Below, piece after piece: positions 36,535 through 50,096 of a stretch of DNA of 64,000 nucleotides. Source of the DNA: Eledone cirrhosa (lineage: Eukaryota); assembly GCA_964016885.1 (NCBI GenBank), contig OZ024743.1, positions 318,742,001-318,806,000 on the forward strand, given 5' to 3'. The position numbers and the translations under genes are program-made. The notes under the pieces are model-generated. The model did not search any database. It worked only from the letters and a program-made list of their open reading frames with translations, and was not told the DNA's origin. The first letter of the stretch is position 1. Each line of letters opens with the position of its first letter.

Positions 36535-37429
36535 TATTTCTACTCACTTTCCGTTGCTTAAACCCTTTTGTTGTTACTCTAGCGTCCCCCTTTATTTACG
36601 TGTCCCAACGACTTTTTTTAGCCGTTGTTCGCACCAACCTGAGGCATATGGCCCTTAAAGCGATGAAATGCCGAGGACGGTTGGAGGGTCACTGATGAAG
36701 GACTCACTTTTTCATATGTATCCCATTTGCAACGCCGCAGCTCCATTATTATCATCATATTTACACATATTACTTTTCCATGCTGCCTGTCTGTTTCGTT
36801 CCTTGTATCTTTACCACTTCTAGCAGTCTCCCTCTCTGTTACTCTCTCCTCAACTTTCACTCACTCATTCTCTGTCACTACTTCTCCTCCTCCTCTTTCC
36901 TCCTCCTCCTTCAAGTTTGACCTGTGTGTAATTCTTTTCTCGCGCAGTCTTGACCGAGCTGGTATGGAATTTTTTTCTCTCTCTCTTTCGTCTGCGACTT
37001 CACAAAACTTGCGTTTACCGAATTCGTAGACCAGACCACCTTATCTCCTTCTTCTTCTTCTTCTTCTTCTTCTTCTTCTTCTTCTTCCTCTTCTCTCCTT
37101 TTTCTTTCTCTCTCTCTCTCTTTTTTCCCCCCCGTCAAACTTGGGCGAAATTCTTTCCTTGCTCACATTTCTACCAGGTTCGATGGTCTTTCGTCTCTTG
37201 TTCACGATTTCACAGAGTTTATATTCATAGAGATCTGGGACTTGTCTATTTCTACTCACTTTCCGTTGCTTAAACCCTTTTGTTGTTACTCTAGCGCCCC
37301 CCTTTATTTACGTGTCCCAACGACTTTTTTTAGCCGTTGTTCGCACCAACCTGAGGCATATGGCCCTTAAAGCGATGAAATGCCGAGGACGGTTGGAGGG
37401 TCACTGATGAAGGACTCACTTTTTCATAT
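36535..37429 (+). mobile_element. Non-coding element with 183-bp direct terminal repeats (36535-36717 / 37247-37429) and a pyrimidine-rich interior
   Basis: Repeats differ at one base; CTGATGA at 36692 and 37404; flanks are punctuated (TA)n. Confidence 0.7.
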
Positions 37430-37793
37430 ATATATATATATATATAAATCATATATATATATATATAAATCATATATATATATATATATAAATCATATAT
37501 ATATATATATATAAATCATATATATATATATATATATATAAATCATATATATATATATATATATATATATAAATCATATATATATATATATATATAAATC
37601 ATATATATATATATATATATAAATCATATATATTTATATATATATAAATCATATATATATATATATATATAAATCATATATATATATATATATATAAATC
37701 ATATATATATATAAATCATATATATATATATATATATATATAAATCATATATATATATATATATAAATCATATATATATAAATATATATATAA

Positions 37794-37827
<34 letters not shown>

Positions 37828-38194
37828 ATTCCAACCGTGACCATCTCCACTGAAAGTTTTCATGAAATAGTCTTTTAAGACTATACAGAGCATTTGATGT
37901 TATTCCAAATTGAAGGATAAGTGTTTCAAACTTTGTTTTATCATGAGTTAAAGGTCTATAGATTTTTCCATGGATTTTACTAAATTCTGTGGATGAATTT
38001 GTATCCTGATTCTCTTTTGAGATGAGTTTGAGTTATTTTTCCTAAATCTTTCGTTAACTACTTTTCCCATCTTGACGTTATAGTCGAATATATGTTATAG
38101 AATGCCGTTAGCTTCTTGCTAAAACAATCTCTATACGTCTCATTTATATATATATATATATATAAATCATATATATATATATATATATATAAAT

Positions 38195-38239
<45 letters not shown>

Positions 38240-38254
38240 CATATATATATATAA

Positions 38255-38317
<63 letters not shown>

Positions 38318-38365
38318 CATATATATATATATAAATCATATATATATATATATATATATATATAA

Positions 38366-38400
<35 letters not shown>

Positions 38401-38426
38401 CATATATATATATATATATGTAAATC

Positions 38427-38457
<31 letters not shown>

Positions 38458-38524
38458 TATATAAATCATATATATATATATACATATATATATATACATA
38501 AATCATATTTATATACATACATAA

Positions 38525-38562
<38 letters not shown>

Positions 38563-38709
38563 AATTATATTTATATACATAAATCATATTTATATACATA
38601 GATAAATCATATATATATATATATATATACATAAATCATATGTATATATATACACATAAATCATATATATATACACATAAATCATATATATATATATATA
38701 CATAGAAAC

Positions 38710-38794
<85 letters not shown>

Positions 38795-39291
38795 CACATA
38801 CAAACATATAACATATACACACACACATCTATATATATAAATAATAATACAGCAACTGGATGTTACAATTCCTATATATATATATATGTATATGTGTGTG
38901 TGTATATAAATATAAGTATATAATTATTTTTTTCTATATACTTCTGACCCTCATGGCCTGGATGCTCCACCCGTCTTCCTTAATCTGGTCTCCCCACCAC
39001 AAACCAGGCCTAAGTCCCATCTACATGAACACCAAAACACATGCACCATCCCTGCACTACACGGAAATACTCACACACACAAATCTACACATGTATATAC
39101 AAACACATACTCACTTAGTGTCACGTCAAATATTGTTGGGCTTGTCTCATGCTTGATGCTTCTCATATGGCTGTCCATGTAAGTTAAGTTTCTGCAGGAA
39201 GCATTGCTTACTTGCTTTAAGCTATTACATATGTTAACATGGTTAACCATCAAATCAGAAATCTCTTTTATACACAATACTATAAATTATG

Positions 39292-39627
39292 TGAAGGCGC
39301 ATAACTCAGTGGTTATAATGTTGAGCTTACAATTGTGAGGGTATAAGTTTGATTCCCAGACCAGGCAGTGTGTTGTGTCCTTGAGCAAGACATTTTATTT
39401 CACTCAGTTGTAGAAATTAGTTGTGACATCACTGATGCCAAGCTGCATCAGCCTTTATCTTTCTTTTAGACATTGGTGGCAGGGAGAGAGGAGACCTGTA
39501 TGTATGGGCAATTGATGGTCTTCTACAAAATACCCCTAACTCGGACTTTTGCCTCGGTGGGGGAACTTTCTAGGTGCAAATGCCATGATTATTCATGACT
39601 AAAGGGGGGCTTTAACTATTACCCTTT
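39292..39627 (+). mobile_element. tRNA-derived SINE (CCTTGAGCAAGACA family) with a distinct tail
   Basis: TAACTCAGTGG A box, AGTTTGATTCC B box; head shared with 55413. Confidence 0.75.
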
Positions 39628-39732
39628 TACTATAAACTTAATTGTTTCTACTTTAGGCACAAGGCCAGCAACTACCCAGTGCCTCACTGGTACTTTATTT
39701 TACTATAAACTTAATATCAGCAAATACAACGC

Positions 39733-39956
39733 TTACCCTTTCATTACAATCTTTTTAATGAAAGATAATGCTTATCATTTTCAAATCATTTTGAAGAGGG
39801 ATTTAGTAATATAACTGACTTTCTAATTATTAAGCTGGTATTTGGATATAAAATTATGATAAAAGGTCTATTTAATAAATATAAGTACTTTGGAATAAAT
39901 AGATTTCCCCCATAGATATAGGGACAGTTTCAGGTGGTTTGTTATCAAAATGGTTA
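39733..39956 (+). mobile_element. TTAA/CCCTTT-ended MITE (piggyBac-like termini); other copies near 16017-16256, 20795-21000, 56384-56690
   Basis: TTACCCTTTCATTAC ... GTTATCAAAATGGTTA imperfect terminal inverted repeats; shared interior. Confidence 0.6.
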
Positions 39957-40773
39957 CACACTATTTTTGATGGTTGTATGATTTGTTTGCTTTTTATTTA
40001 AAAATTACATCATAGAGATCTGACTTCAAGTAATCAATCAGAATCAGATTATAAATCTAAACGTTTATCTCCAGCTTTTGCAGAAGATATTGTTGTATGG
40101 ACTGGGAATTGAACTCACAACCTCATTGTTGTATGGATTGTTAAATTCGTTTTATTCAATTTACACGTGCTCACACATTTGCATATGAATCACGTGACCT
40201 GGGCAGTCAGTCAGCGTTGGTATTAAAAACTCGGTCACAGACTGCTGCTGTCACTTACTTTATGTTATTCTGCTACTGCGAGGAGGGGCGTTTTGGTTGT
40301 TTCATACAATACACAAATTATTTGATATAACTCGTGTTTTCTCTGCGAGTACCGAGAGGAATACAACAGATATAATTGATCTTCATCTAACAGCCATGTT
40401 TTATGATTGCAATTTGTAAACAAATATTTTCAACAGCCTTGAATAAGCAGAAACAACATTGGGTAGTGGATATCTTCTTCATTCTTACACATTTCAAAGC
40501 AAACTCATTAAAGTTAGCACCACAAGTGAGGAGTAAAAAGCTGATGTAAGATTGATAATAATGATGGTAATAGGAAGAGCATCTTGCCATAGAAAGCTTG
40601 CCAAACAGAATGTTAAAGACATGACAACTTCTCCTGTGTACTCTGTAGAACATGAGACCATACATAATCAAGATGCAGACCTCCCCAACCTGTCTGGGAG
40701 GTCAGTAGCCTTGCTTCAGTATGGACTTGGTCTATATAGATACATCCAACCCTTGATATATATATATATATAT

Positions 40774-40828
<55 letters not shown>

Positions 40829-41342
40829 CCACAATAAAAAGCACCTATTTTAAACTGTAAAGTGGGTGGTGTTAGGAGTGCAGCCAACCAAAGATATCAA
40901 GCTAAACATGGAGTGTACAAGCAGGATGTAGTCACCTGATCGATCTAACCTCAATATGTAACAATTTGTCTAAACTATGCAAGCATGGAAAATAGATGTT
41001 ACATGTATAAATATATATGTAAACATGAATCTTATTTTTCTCTTTTTTTTTCCATTCTTTCCTCTTCCCACTCTTTATCTTTCATTTCTCATTCTATCTT
41101 CTGGTGAAAGATTAGTGTCTGAAATGTTAAGACTCTTTTTCTATTATTTCAAGTGTTAAACTAATATATTTCTTCATTGTACTGTGTCATTTGCTTTGTT
41201 ATTTCTGTTTACTTTTTACACACAACCACACAGACATCATCATCATCCAGTTTTTGATTATGCTGGATGATGATGATATGTGTGTGTGTTTAAAAAGTAA
41301 ATAAATAACAAAGCAAATGACACACACACACACACACGTGTG

Positions 41343-41409
<67 letters not shown>

Positions 41410-42257
41410 GAGCTTATACCACTATTAGCTACTAAAGGGTTCTCCCTAAAAATGAAAGGCAGGTTGTACGATGCCTGCATACGAACAGCAATGTTGCATG
41501 GCAGTGAGACCTGGGCATTGTGTGCAGAGGATATACGCAGACTAGAGAGGAACGAAGCTTGCATGCTCCGCTGGATGTGTAACAGTAATATACGTGAACG
41601 GCAAAGCATAAACGAACTAAGGAAAAAATTAGAGATAAGAGGGATCAGATGTTGTTTACTCGAGAGAAGGCTACGTTGGTATGGACACGTGATGCGCATG
41701 AAAGTCGATAGCTGTATAACAAAGTGCAGGGCAATAAAGATAGACGGTAGCCACGGAATAGGCAGATCTAGAAAAACCTGGGACGAGCTGATAAACTCCG
41801 ACCTCACACACTTACACCTCTCCAAGACAATGTCACTGGACCGAGACCTTTGGCGGTACTCAGTAACAGAGAAGACCCGCCTTGCCAGTAGGCATCTCTA
41901 ACAAAATACACCCCGTCCCGCCACCACCCCCACCCATCCACACCACCCCGTCCTATGTAAAGTTATGTTGGTGCCGCGCCATCCAGGCCGAAACAAATGA
42001 GATCGTGTAGGTGTCACGACAAAAAAACACACAGTCCACGCTGTAATGTGGCCGTGTAGGCAACACGGTAAAAACCTCCCAGACCCACACTGTAAATGTG
42101 GTTGGTGTTAGGAAGGGCATCCAACTGTAGAAAACCTGCCAGACAGTCCTATGCGAGCAAGACAATCACTCTTGCCTCAAGTGGGACTACCCCCGTCCAA
42201 ACCCATGCAAGCGTGGAACACGGACGTTAAACGTTGATGATGATGATGATGATGATG

Positions 42258-42259
<2 letters not shown>
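41410..42259 (+). mobile_element. RTE LINE 3' fragment (family B, deletion variant)
   Basis: ORF ends KTRLASRHL at 41901. Confidence 0.93.
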
Positions 42260-42296
<37 letters not shown>

Positions 42297-42722
42297 TAAT
42301 AAATTAGCATGAAGCAACATTAAAACATTCTTATAAAAGTTTTTACATGCTTTTTCAATGTATGTATTGTCTGGCTTTCAATTCACTCCTAAAAACAGAT
42401 TATAATATTTGTACTTAATACAAGTTCCAATTTGAAATATTTTCCTCCCCAAAATACTATAATCTGCAAGACATCAAGTGCATGTATTAATTGGACTTAA
42501 GTGTTTCTTACTATGGAAAACAGAAAAGAGATTAACATTTTAATACAGCAAAATAATGTGTAGAGTTGAAATAATCCACAAATATATTCAGATCAATTAT
42601 GCGCTGATATTTTATGTAATAAGAACCATCCCAGAGTGAACTACCGATTTTATTGGGCAGTTTTGATCCTTTGTTGTAATGTGTAGCTAGCTCACTTTAA
42701 TTTTGTAGTTATTCATTTCATT

Positions 42723-42956
42723 GCCATATGATGCACATGGATGATCCCAGGGTGAAGAAGTGCCAGGAAATCCCAGTAGAAGGGAGCCACAGTAGAGGTA
42801 GACCAAGGAAGATCTGGATAGAGGTGGCGAGAGTTGATCTCAAATTGCTGAGACTCACAGAGGAGATGACAGAATGTGGCAAGTGTAGAGATGCTATGCT
42901 GTAAAAGACACATCCAACCCATACAAGCATGGAAAAATGGACGTAAAAACGATGAG
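42723..42956 (+). mobile_element. RTE LINE 3' tip (family D)
   Basis: VKKCQEIPVEG..RGRPRKIW; terminal hairpin. Confidence 0.8.
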
Positions 42957-43854
42957 GAAGTTCATTGCCATATTTATATTGTAAAACACTGCACATGATT
43001 TTCAAATGATTTTGAAAATATTCAAGAATTGAGAATGATTTAGTAATATAACAAACTTATTCAGTTTTAAGCTGGAGTTTGGAGCATAAACCCATTTGAT
43101 ACCTATATAACCAAAACCAATTCTGTTTCTATGAAACAAAAGCATTCATTTTAAAAGATTCCTATTTAAATTTAAACCATCCAACATAATTTTGTATAAG
43201 GGCTATTTTCTGTTTATGTTACAAATGTTATTTTAATAATGGTTTCTGATTTAGGCAAAAGGCTAACTATTTTGGAGGAGGGGAGAGTCAATTAAATCAA
43301 CTTCAGTTCATTACTGGTACTTTATTTTATTGACCCTGTAAAAATGAAAAGCAAAACTAACCTTAGTGAAATTTGAACTCAGAACATTAAGGGAAGTAAC
43401 TATATGTTACAAAGTATGTTATCCAATGCTCAACCGATCCTATTACCAATCACCCAACCTTAAATAGTATTCTAATAATGAAAAGATTAATTTTTTCCTT
43501 CTTTCTGTTTTCCTTTTGTCATTATGATATAAATGTATTTTCAATAAAACTTACAAACCTAAAAAAACAAAACAAAACAAAACAAAACATAAGTTCATAA
43601 TCAGATTCATTTTTTTACAGGATTACTTAACCATAAAATCAAAACAAGTGTTTCTCTACATTTCTTCTAAATAGACTTAGGCAAGTGAAAATATACTCAA
43701 TGAAATGTTCAAAACATTATTCACACTTCAAAGCTGAGTGATTGGCAATAAGAAAGACCTTTTAGCTTAAAATCATAAAAATTCCTAAGTGAACAAAAAT
43801 GATCTACCTTAATTTGACCATTAATATATTCTTGCATAAAAAATAGATATTTAC

Positions 43855-44247
43855 TCAATAGAGAGCATAGTTCAGAGATCAGAATTGCTCCAGGTAAAGC
43901 CACTACTACTCTGAATTGAGAGGTCACAGCTCTGATATTACGGGTATGTGGTCGGAATGTCTCAGAAAAAAGTCGCTGGACAGATTTTACAGGCAAAACC
44001 AGCCAGCTGTAGACCCTGAGCAAAATGGTTGGATAATATCCTTAAGCTTGGCTAGTCACACTTGGGGATACAGCCAGATCAATTAGAGACAAGTTGCTTC
44101 TGACAAGACTTGCTGGAAGACATGCTTCAGGACTGACCCCATGACCCTCTCAGGAATAGGTGGCCAAAGAAGAACAAGAAGAACAACAACAAGAAAAACG
44201 AAGAAAAACGAAGAAGAAAAAGAAAACAAGAAGAAGAAGAAGAAGAC
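43855..44247 (+). mobile_element. Decayed Rex3/Expander-like RTE 3' fragment with (AAG)n tail
   Basis: VKPLLL*IERSQL*YYGYVVGMSQ..QILQAKP..KWLDNI. Confidence 0.7.
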
Positions 44248-45024
44248 TATGATCAATTATCTTGTTCTGATTTAACAAAAATACTTTAGTTTATTCTTTT
44301 ACACTTTTACTTGTTTCTCTCATTTGACCATGGCCGATGTAGGAGCACAGCCTTTAGTAAATTTATGTTTTTAATATCTATGTGAACATTTTTTAAATGA
44401 AATAGACAGCATATATATATTTCAAATAATTTTGAAAATAATCAAGAAAGGGAATAGTAAAATAACTAGTTTTTTCATTATTGAATTGGCAGAATTGGTA
44501 GAGTATTGGACAAATTGCTTTGTGGCACATTTTGCCAGCTCTTTATGTTCTGAGTTCAAATCCTACCCAAGTCAATAAAATAAAATACCAGTTATGAAAT
44601 GGAGTTGATCTAATTGTTTGTTCCCATCCTATTGGTGGCCATATGCCTAGATAAGAAAATTTTATAAGTTAGAATTTGAAGTATAACTTAACATAGAGGT
44701 TCTTATAATTCTTCTTGATTTCTGTTCTGTATTGTACTGCACACCAACTGATCCTTGAAGAGTTCTAGTAGCATATCAGAGGTTTCTAGCCCCACACTCA
44801 ACCCTTAACCATTTCTGGAGAAAGAGATGCTGTGAGTAGTAGTCTCCCCTGACTCTTCTCACAGCACAATATGGCCGAGAAAGAAACAAATGAATTGATC
44901 CCAGCATTGATCCCACTCATAACATAAAGAAAACTAACTAAATACTCTGAAATATTTTGTCTCATGCTGTAACAAATCTTTCAATTTACCACCCTCTGTT
45001 AATAGTCATATCATCTCTAATAAT

Positions 45025-45630
45025 TCTTTCTGAAATTGGTACAAGGCCAGCAATGACTGGTACTTTATATTATTGACCTCAGAAAGATAACAGGCAAAAC
45101 TGACCACAGTAGGATTTGAACTCAGAATGTAGAAAGTTGTTACTATCTGCCACAAAACATTTTGACCAATGCTCTACCGATACTGCTAATATCACCTGTA
45201 ATAATAATGGTTTCTGATTTAGGCACAAGTCAAACAATTTTGGGGTGGAGAAAGTCGATTAAATTGATCCCAGTGCATTACTAGTGCTTTATTTTATCAA
45301 CCCCATAAGGATGAAAGGCAAAGCTAACCTTGGCGGGATTTGAACTCAGAACGTAAAGAACCAGTACTATATGCTGCAAAGCATGTTGACCGACGCTCTA
45401 CTGATACTGCCAATATCATCTGTAATAATTGTTTCTACTTTTGGCACAAGGCCAGCAATTATCCCAGTGTATTACTGGTACTTTATTTTATCGACCCTGT
45501 AAGGATGAAAGTCTAAGTTAACCTCGGCGGGATTTGAACTCAGAATGGCAAGGGCCATAACTCTTTGCAGTAAAGCATGGCATCTGACTCTCTACCAATA
45601 CTTCCAATCCAGTACCCTATCATTTGTAAT
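45025..45630 (-). mobile_element. Three head-to-tail Nin/Deu-domain SINE copies (a fourth at 46163-46335)
   Basis: Repeated GTTTCTA..GGCACAAGGCCAGCAAT..CTGGTACTTTATTTTATCGACC..GATTTGAACTCAGAA. Confidence 0.8.
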
Positions 45631-45677
45631 AATGGTTTCTTTATTTATTTATCATCTGTAATAATAATAATAATAAT

Positions 45678-46135
45678 GATTTCATTTATTAGTCACAAGG
45701 GCCGACATGTAGGGGACAATACAAAGACAGGGACAGTGTGGGTTTACAATAAGGTCGAGTAAAAGTGCATAATGGCAAGACTAATTTAACAATGAAGATA
45801 TAAAAATATAAAATAAACTATGCATAAATATAACAAAATAAATTCCCCGATAGGGGGTGGACGACCCTGGGGTGACTCGGGTACCCCACCAATCCTGAAC
45901 CACCCTGCGCTTCTAGCACACCCAGGGATAGCACCCCTCTCCTCAAGTTAGCTAGCCTATAGGCGCATGGTCAGAGTAGGCCCATTCACACGAGCCATTC
46001 TCGCCACATTCACCCACCTTTTAGAAAATGCACTGGGGAGCAGCACTTCTCTCTCCACCCTCACCTTCCTTTCCAGGTGAAATTTGAAGAAGTTGATGAG
46101 GGATTGGCCGAAGAGAAAAGTGTCTGTCTTCAGTC
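45678..46135 (-). mobile_element. Tx1/L1-clade LINE 3' end inserted in (AAT)n
   Basis: 46134-45957 reads LKTDTFLFGQSLINFFKFHLERKVRVEREVLLPSAFSKRWVNVARMARV..L*; AATAAA before ATT tail; related tip at 22907-22970. Confidence 0.6.
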
Positions 46136-46767
46136 AATAATAATAATAATAATAATAGTAATAGTTTCTACATTTAGCACAAGGCCAGCAATTTGAAGGG
46201 CGGGAAAAGTCAATAAAATCAACCCCAGTGCATTACAGGCACTTTATTTTATCAACCCTGTAAAGATGAAAGCAAAGCTAACCATGGTGGTATTGGAACT
46301 CAGAACGTAAAGGGCCATAACTAAATACTGCAAAGCATAATAATAATAATAATAACAACAACAACAACAATAGTGATTCCTAACACTCAATGATAGTAGT
46401 AATTTACATGGCAGGAACTTTGAAAAAAAAGGAAAAAAAAGGGGGGGGGGGATTGTTGTCTGAACCAATTCTAGTTTATGAGAGTTATCGTTTTTTTATG
46501 TCTGTTCTACCATGCTTGCATGTGTTGAATGGAGCTTTAGTAATAGAGTATCACTTACAAAAATCAAAAATCAGGAGGAATGTATTTCTGTTGGGAGAAT
46601 GAAAGGAACTGCTAAAAATTCATATGACTGAGATAATCTACTTCAGTAGGGATATACATTAATAAAATAATTACAAGACTTGAAAATGTAAGTATTGGGG
46701 TCAATATGAGCAATTTAAGTGGGACCATACTATGGCCAGAGTCTTGTCTCAAGCCTGGATACTCATC

Positions 46768-47008
46768 AGGCTGGTGCTTATGGTTTCCGTGGCTTAAGCA
46801 ACTGAGAGCACAAGGCTTCCCCGCTAGATAGGATGCCAGTCCATCATAGGATTAAACCCCCTGCTATTGCTACTCATTTTCAGCTGAGTGTACTGGAGAA
46901 ATGTGAAATGAAATGTTTTGTTCAAGAACACACTACCCAATCCAGGAATCGAACCCACAACATTATAATCCTAAGTCCAACACACTTCCCACTAAGCCAT
47001 GTGGCTCC
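46768..47008 (-). mobile_element. tRNA-derived SINE with V/Meta-like domain
   Basis: Minus strand: TGGCTTAGTGG, GGTTCGATTCC, CTCAGCTGAAAATGAGTA, CCTATGATGGACTGGCATCC. Confidence 0.75.
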
Positions 47009-47539
47009 ACTATGACTAGAGTCTAATGACAGAACCTGTCATTAGAATAAAAGACTAAAAGAATTGGTATGCAGTTTTGTATGTTGGATAGCATTGCATG
47101 ATTAAAGTAATTTACCTTTGATATATGATTGATATGCCACTTCAGACTTAATAAGATATGTCTTTGATATTATGAAGGAACAACTCAATCTCTCCTAAAC
47201 AAAATAAGTAGAAATGCTTGCTAGACTCCTTCTTTCATGTTAGTTATGTTAGGTACCCAGAAATGTTAGCTACTCAACATATTACATTTCCATGCAATAT
47301 AGTCAAGTGGGTATGAAGTTTCCTTCCCATTCATAAGGTCCTAGGATGGATCTCACTGCATGGAATCTTAGGCAATTGTCATTGACCAGAAAAGGCTTTG
47401 GTCATCCAGAAAGTTTTGCTAGTTAGACCTTCTTTTCCATGCAATGGAAATAGAAAACCTAATGTTTTAAGAAGTGTGTATTACAATTAGAAAGTCCTGT
47501 GTCATCTGACAATTTTGCTGACATTTGCAGTGTGGACTG

Positions 47540-48330
47540 GGAAAACCAATATCTTTTTAGTGGGAGGGGATCACTTATATTGACCCTAGTATTTGACTGG
47601 TACAATATTTTGTTGATCCTTGAAGAACCAACGGCAAAGTTGACCTCATCAGGATTCAAACACAGAACATGAAAACTGGAACTAATACTGTAAAGCATTT
47701 TGTCTGGTGCACTGATGATGAGAATATGACACTCACCTAGTCAATTCTCTGCTATAATGGTTTCTATTTTAGGTGGCACAATGCCAGGGAATTTAGAGGG
47801 AGGGGAAGCCAATTAAATCAATCCCAGTACTTTACTGGTACTTTATTTTATCAAACTTGGAAAGTTGAAAGGCAATGTTGAAGTTGGCAGAATTTCAATG
47901 CAGAATGTATAGAACAAGACGAAATACTCCACCCTCTTTCATCTTATAATGGTTTATAATTTAAGCACAAGGTTGACAATTTTGGAGGAAGGCAAAGTCA
48001 ATTAAATCGACTCCAACACATTACTGGTACTTTATTTTATTGACTCTGTAAATATGAAAGACAAAGCTAACCTCGGCAGAATTTGAACTCAAAATGGAAA
48101 GGGCCGTAACTATATGCCATAAAGAGGTTGTCGAACGCTCTAACAATCATCCTTTTTCATGTTGTAATGGTTTCTGATTTAGACACAAGACAAACAATTT
48201 TTGGAGAAGGGGAAAGTCGATAAAATCAACCCCAGTGCATTACTGGTACTTTAAGGATGAAAGGCAAAACTACCCTCAATGGGATTTGAACTCAGAATGT
48301 AAAAAGGCCAATCCAGCCAATCACCCACCC
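47540..48330 (-). mobile_element. Four head-to-tail Nin/Deu-domain SINE copies
   Basis: Same family as 15163-15375 and 45025-45630. Confidence 0.78.
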
Positions 48331-50096
48331 TCTTTCATGTTATATGGGCAAGTGAATTGTCTCTGATAAACAAAACACTATTAATTCACTGGTACTTTAT
48401 GCTCTCTGAAAGAAACAGAAAGCAAAATAAGTAGTATAACTTGTTAAAGATATACATATTAGTTTCCAACACTGATGAATGAAAGGACAGGATATCTTCT
48501 CTCTCTCTCGTGTGGATGAGTGGGGATTTGTCTGTGTGTAAACAGAACTGGGTAAACAGACTGTATATCTCATAACTATATGTAAGACCTAATGTTTAAA
48601 AGAGTATATTAACATTTACTGTTAACCTTTTATATAAAAGCCAGTCAGCCTGAGACCATCCATACTAAAGTCTAGATATTTATATTAAGAAGTTCTTTCC
48701 ACATCAAAGCACCCATTTTTAAAACACAACATTATGAACCAATGAGGAAGCCTCTAACATTTCTGTTTGACCTGCTATAAATAGCATCCACATCTCACTC
48801 AAACAACACCTATTTTAGAAGAGGAAAGAACATATATAATATAATCCTATATATAAACTAAAAGAGATGAGATGGTCCTAGCTGGAGTGACTTTCCTCAT
48901 AGCTCTGTTCAATTAGATCTAACTTCAGGTTAAACAACAACAATGTTTCTAATGAAAGGAATTGCCTATGATTTTCAATTAATTTTGAAAATAATCAAGA
49001 ATTTATGAGGGGATATAGTAATATAATGAATTTTGTACCTGATGTTTAGAGCATCACTTAAAAGTTTTCATAAAAATACGATGGAGGATTTTTAGATAAA
49101 TATAAACAGTTTAAAACAGCATAAGAAAGGTTGAAGCATCAATTTGAAATGCAGGATTGTTTAAATAAATTGAGTTAATACATCTTATCCACAGTTATTA
49201 GCATCTCCTGAGTTATATTTAAAGTGCATAGAAACAAGGTTGCTTTTGGCTGTCTTAGGAAAGAGCTTTCTTTGGTCATGATTGGCCATGGGTCTGCTTC
49301 TCTGACACACAAGCTTAGACAGGGAAGACTAGCTATTGCCCATGTGGGCGACATAAAAGAAATTGTCTTGCTTGAGGACACTGTGCGCTGTCCAAACCAT
49401 GAATCAAACACATGAAAATATGATCAAATGACTAAAAAACATGCATCAAAACTTAGGTTAATGTTTCTTTTTCACAATATATTTGTAAGTTGTGAGTTGT
49501 ATTTAAGGTGGGTAGAAACATAGTTTTGCTTGGTTGCTTGAATACAAAATTTATCTTGCATGAAATGGCAAGTTAAATAAGAGTCAATAAAATATTTCTT
49601 AAGTAGAATAACGCAAAGGTTTTTATTATATACCGATATATTTTATATCTTCTGACAAAGCATAATACTAGATCATCTGCTATACAATGAATGACATTGT
49701 ATAACAATGTTAGATTTTTTTCCTTCTCTAAGAATGCTGACACATACAATTAAATACTTTTGTATGTGTATATATATATATACACAGACACATACATGTG
49801 CGTGGGTGGGTGTATATATATATATATAACTAGAGATATGTAAAGTCCTAAACACGGCACCAAGCAATTTTGGCTTGTGTGTTCAGCAAGCTTTTTCAAA
49901 GGTGTATATATAAATACATAAACATATGTATACATACATATATGCTGTAATGCTGCAAGGGTTAACTGGTTTAAGCAATTCAAAAGCACTTCATATCATT
50001 AGTGTATCCATAGCTAATATGTTGGTGCTTAGGTGTGACGAGTTTCCAGTTATTAAATGTTGTTAAGACAGGGTTACTGATACCCCTTTAAGGGGT

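Noticed and set aside
38945-39125. Possible additional PLE C-terminal remnant (DPHGLD)
   Set aside because: Similarity limited to a few residues and no hammerhead or tail motif found.
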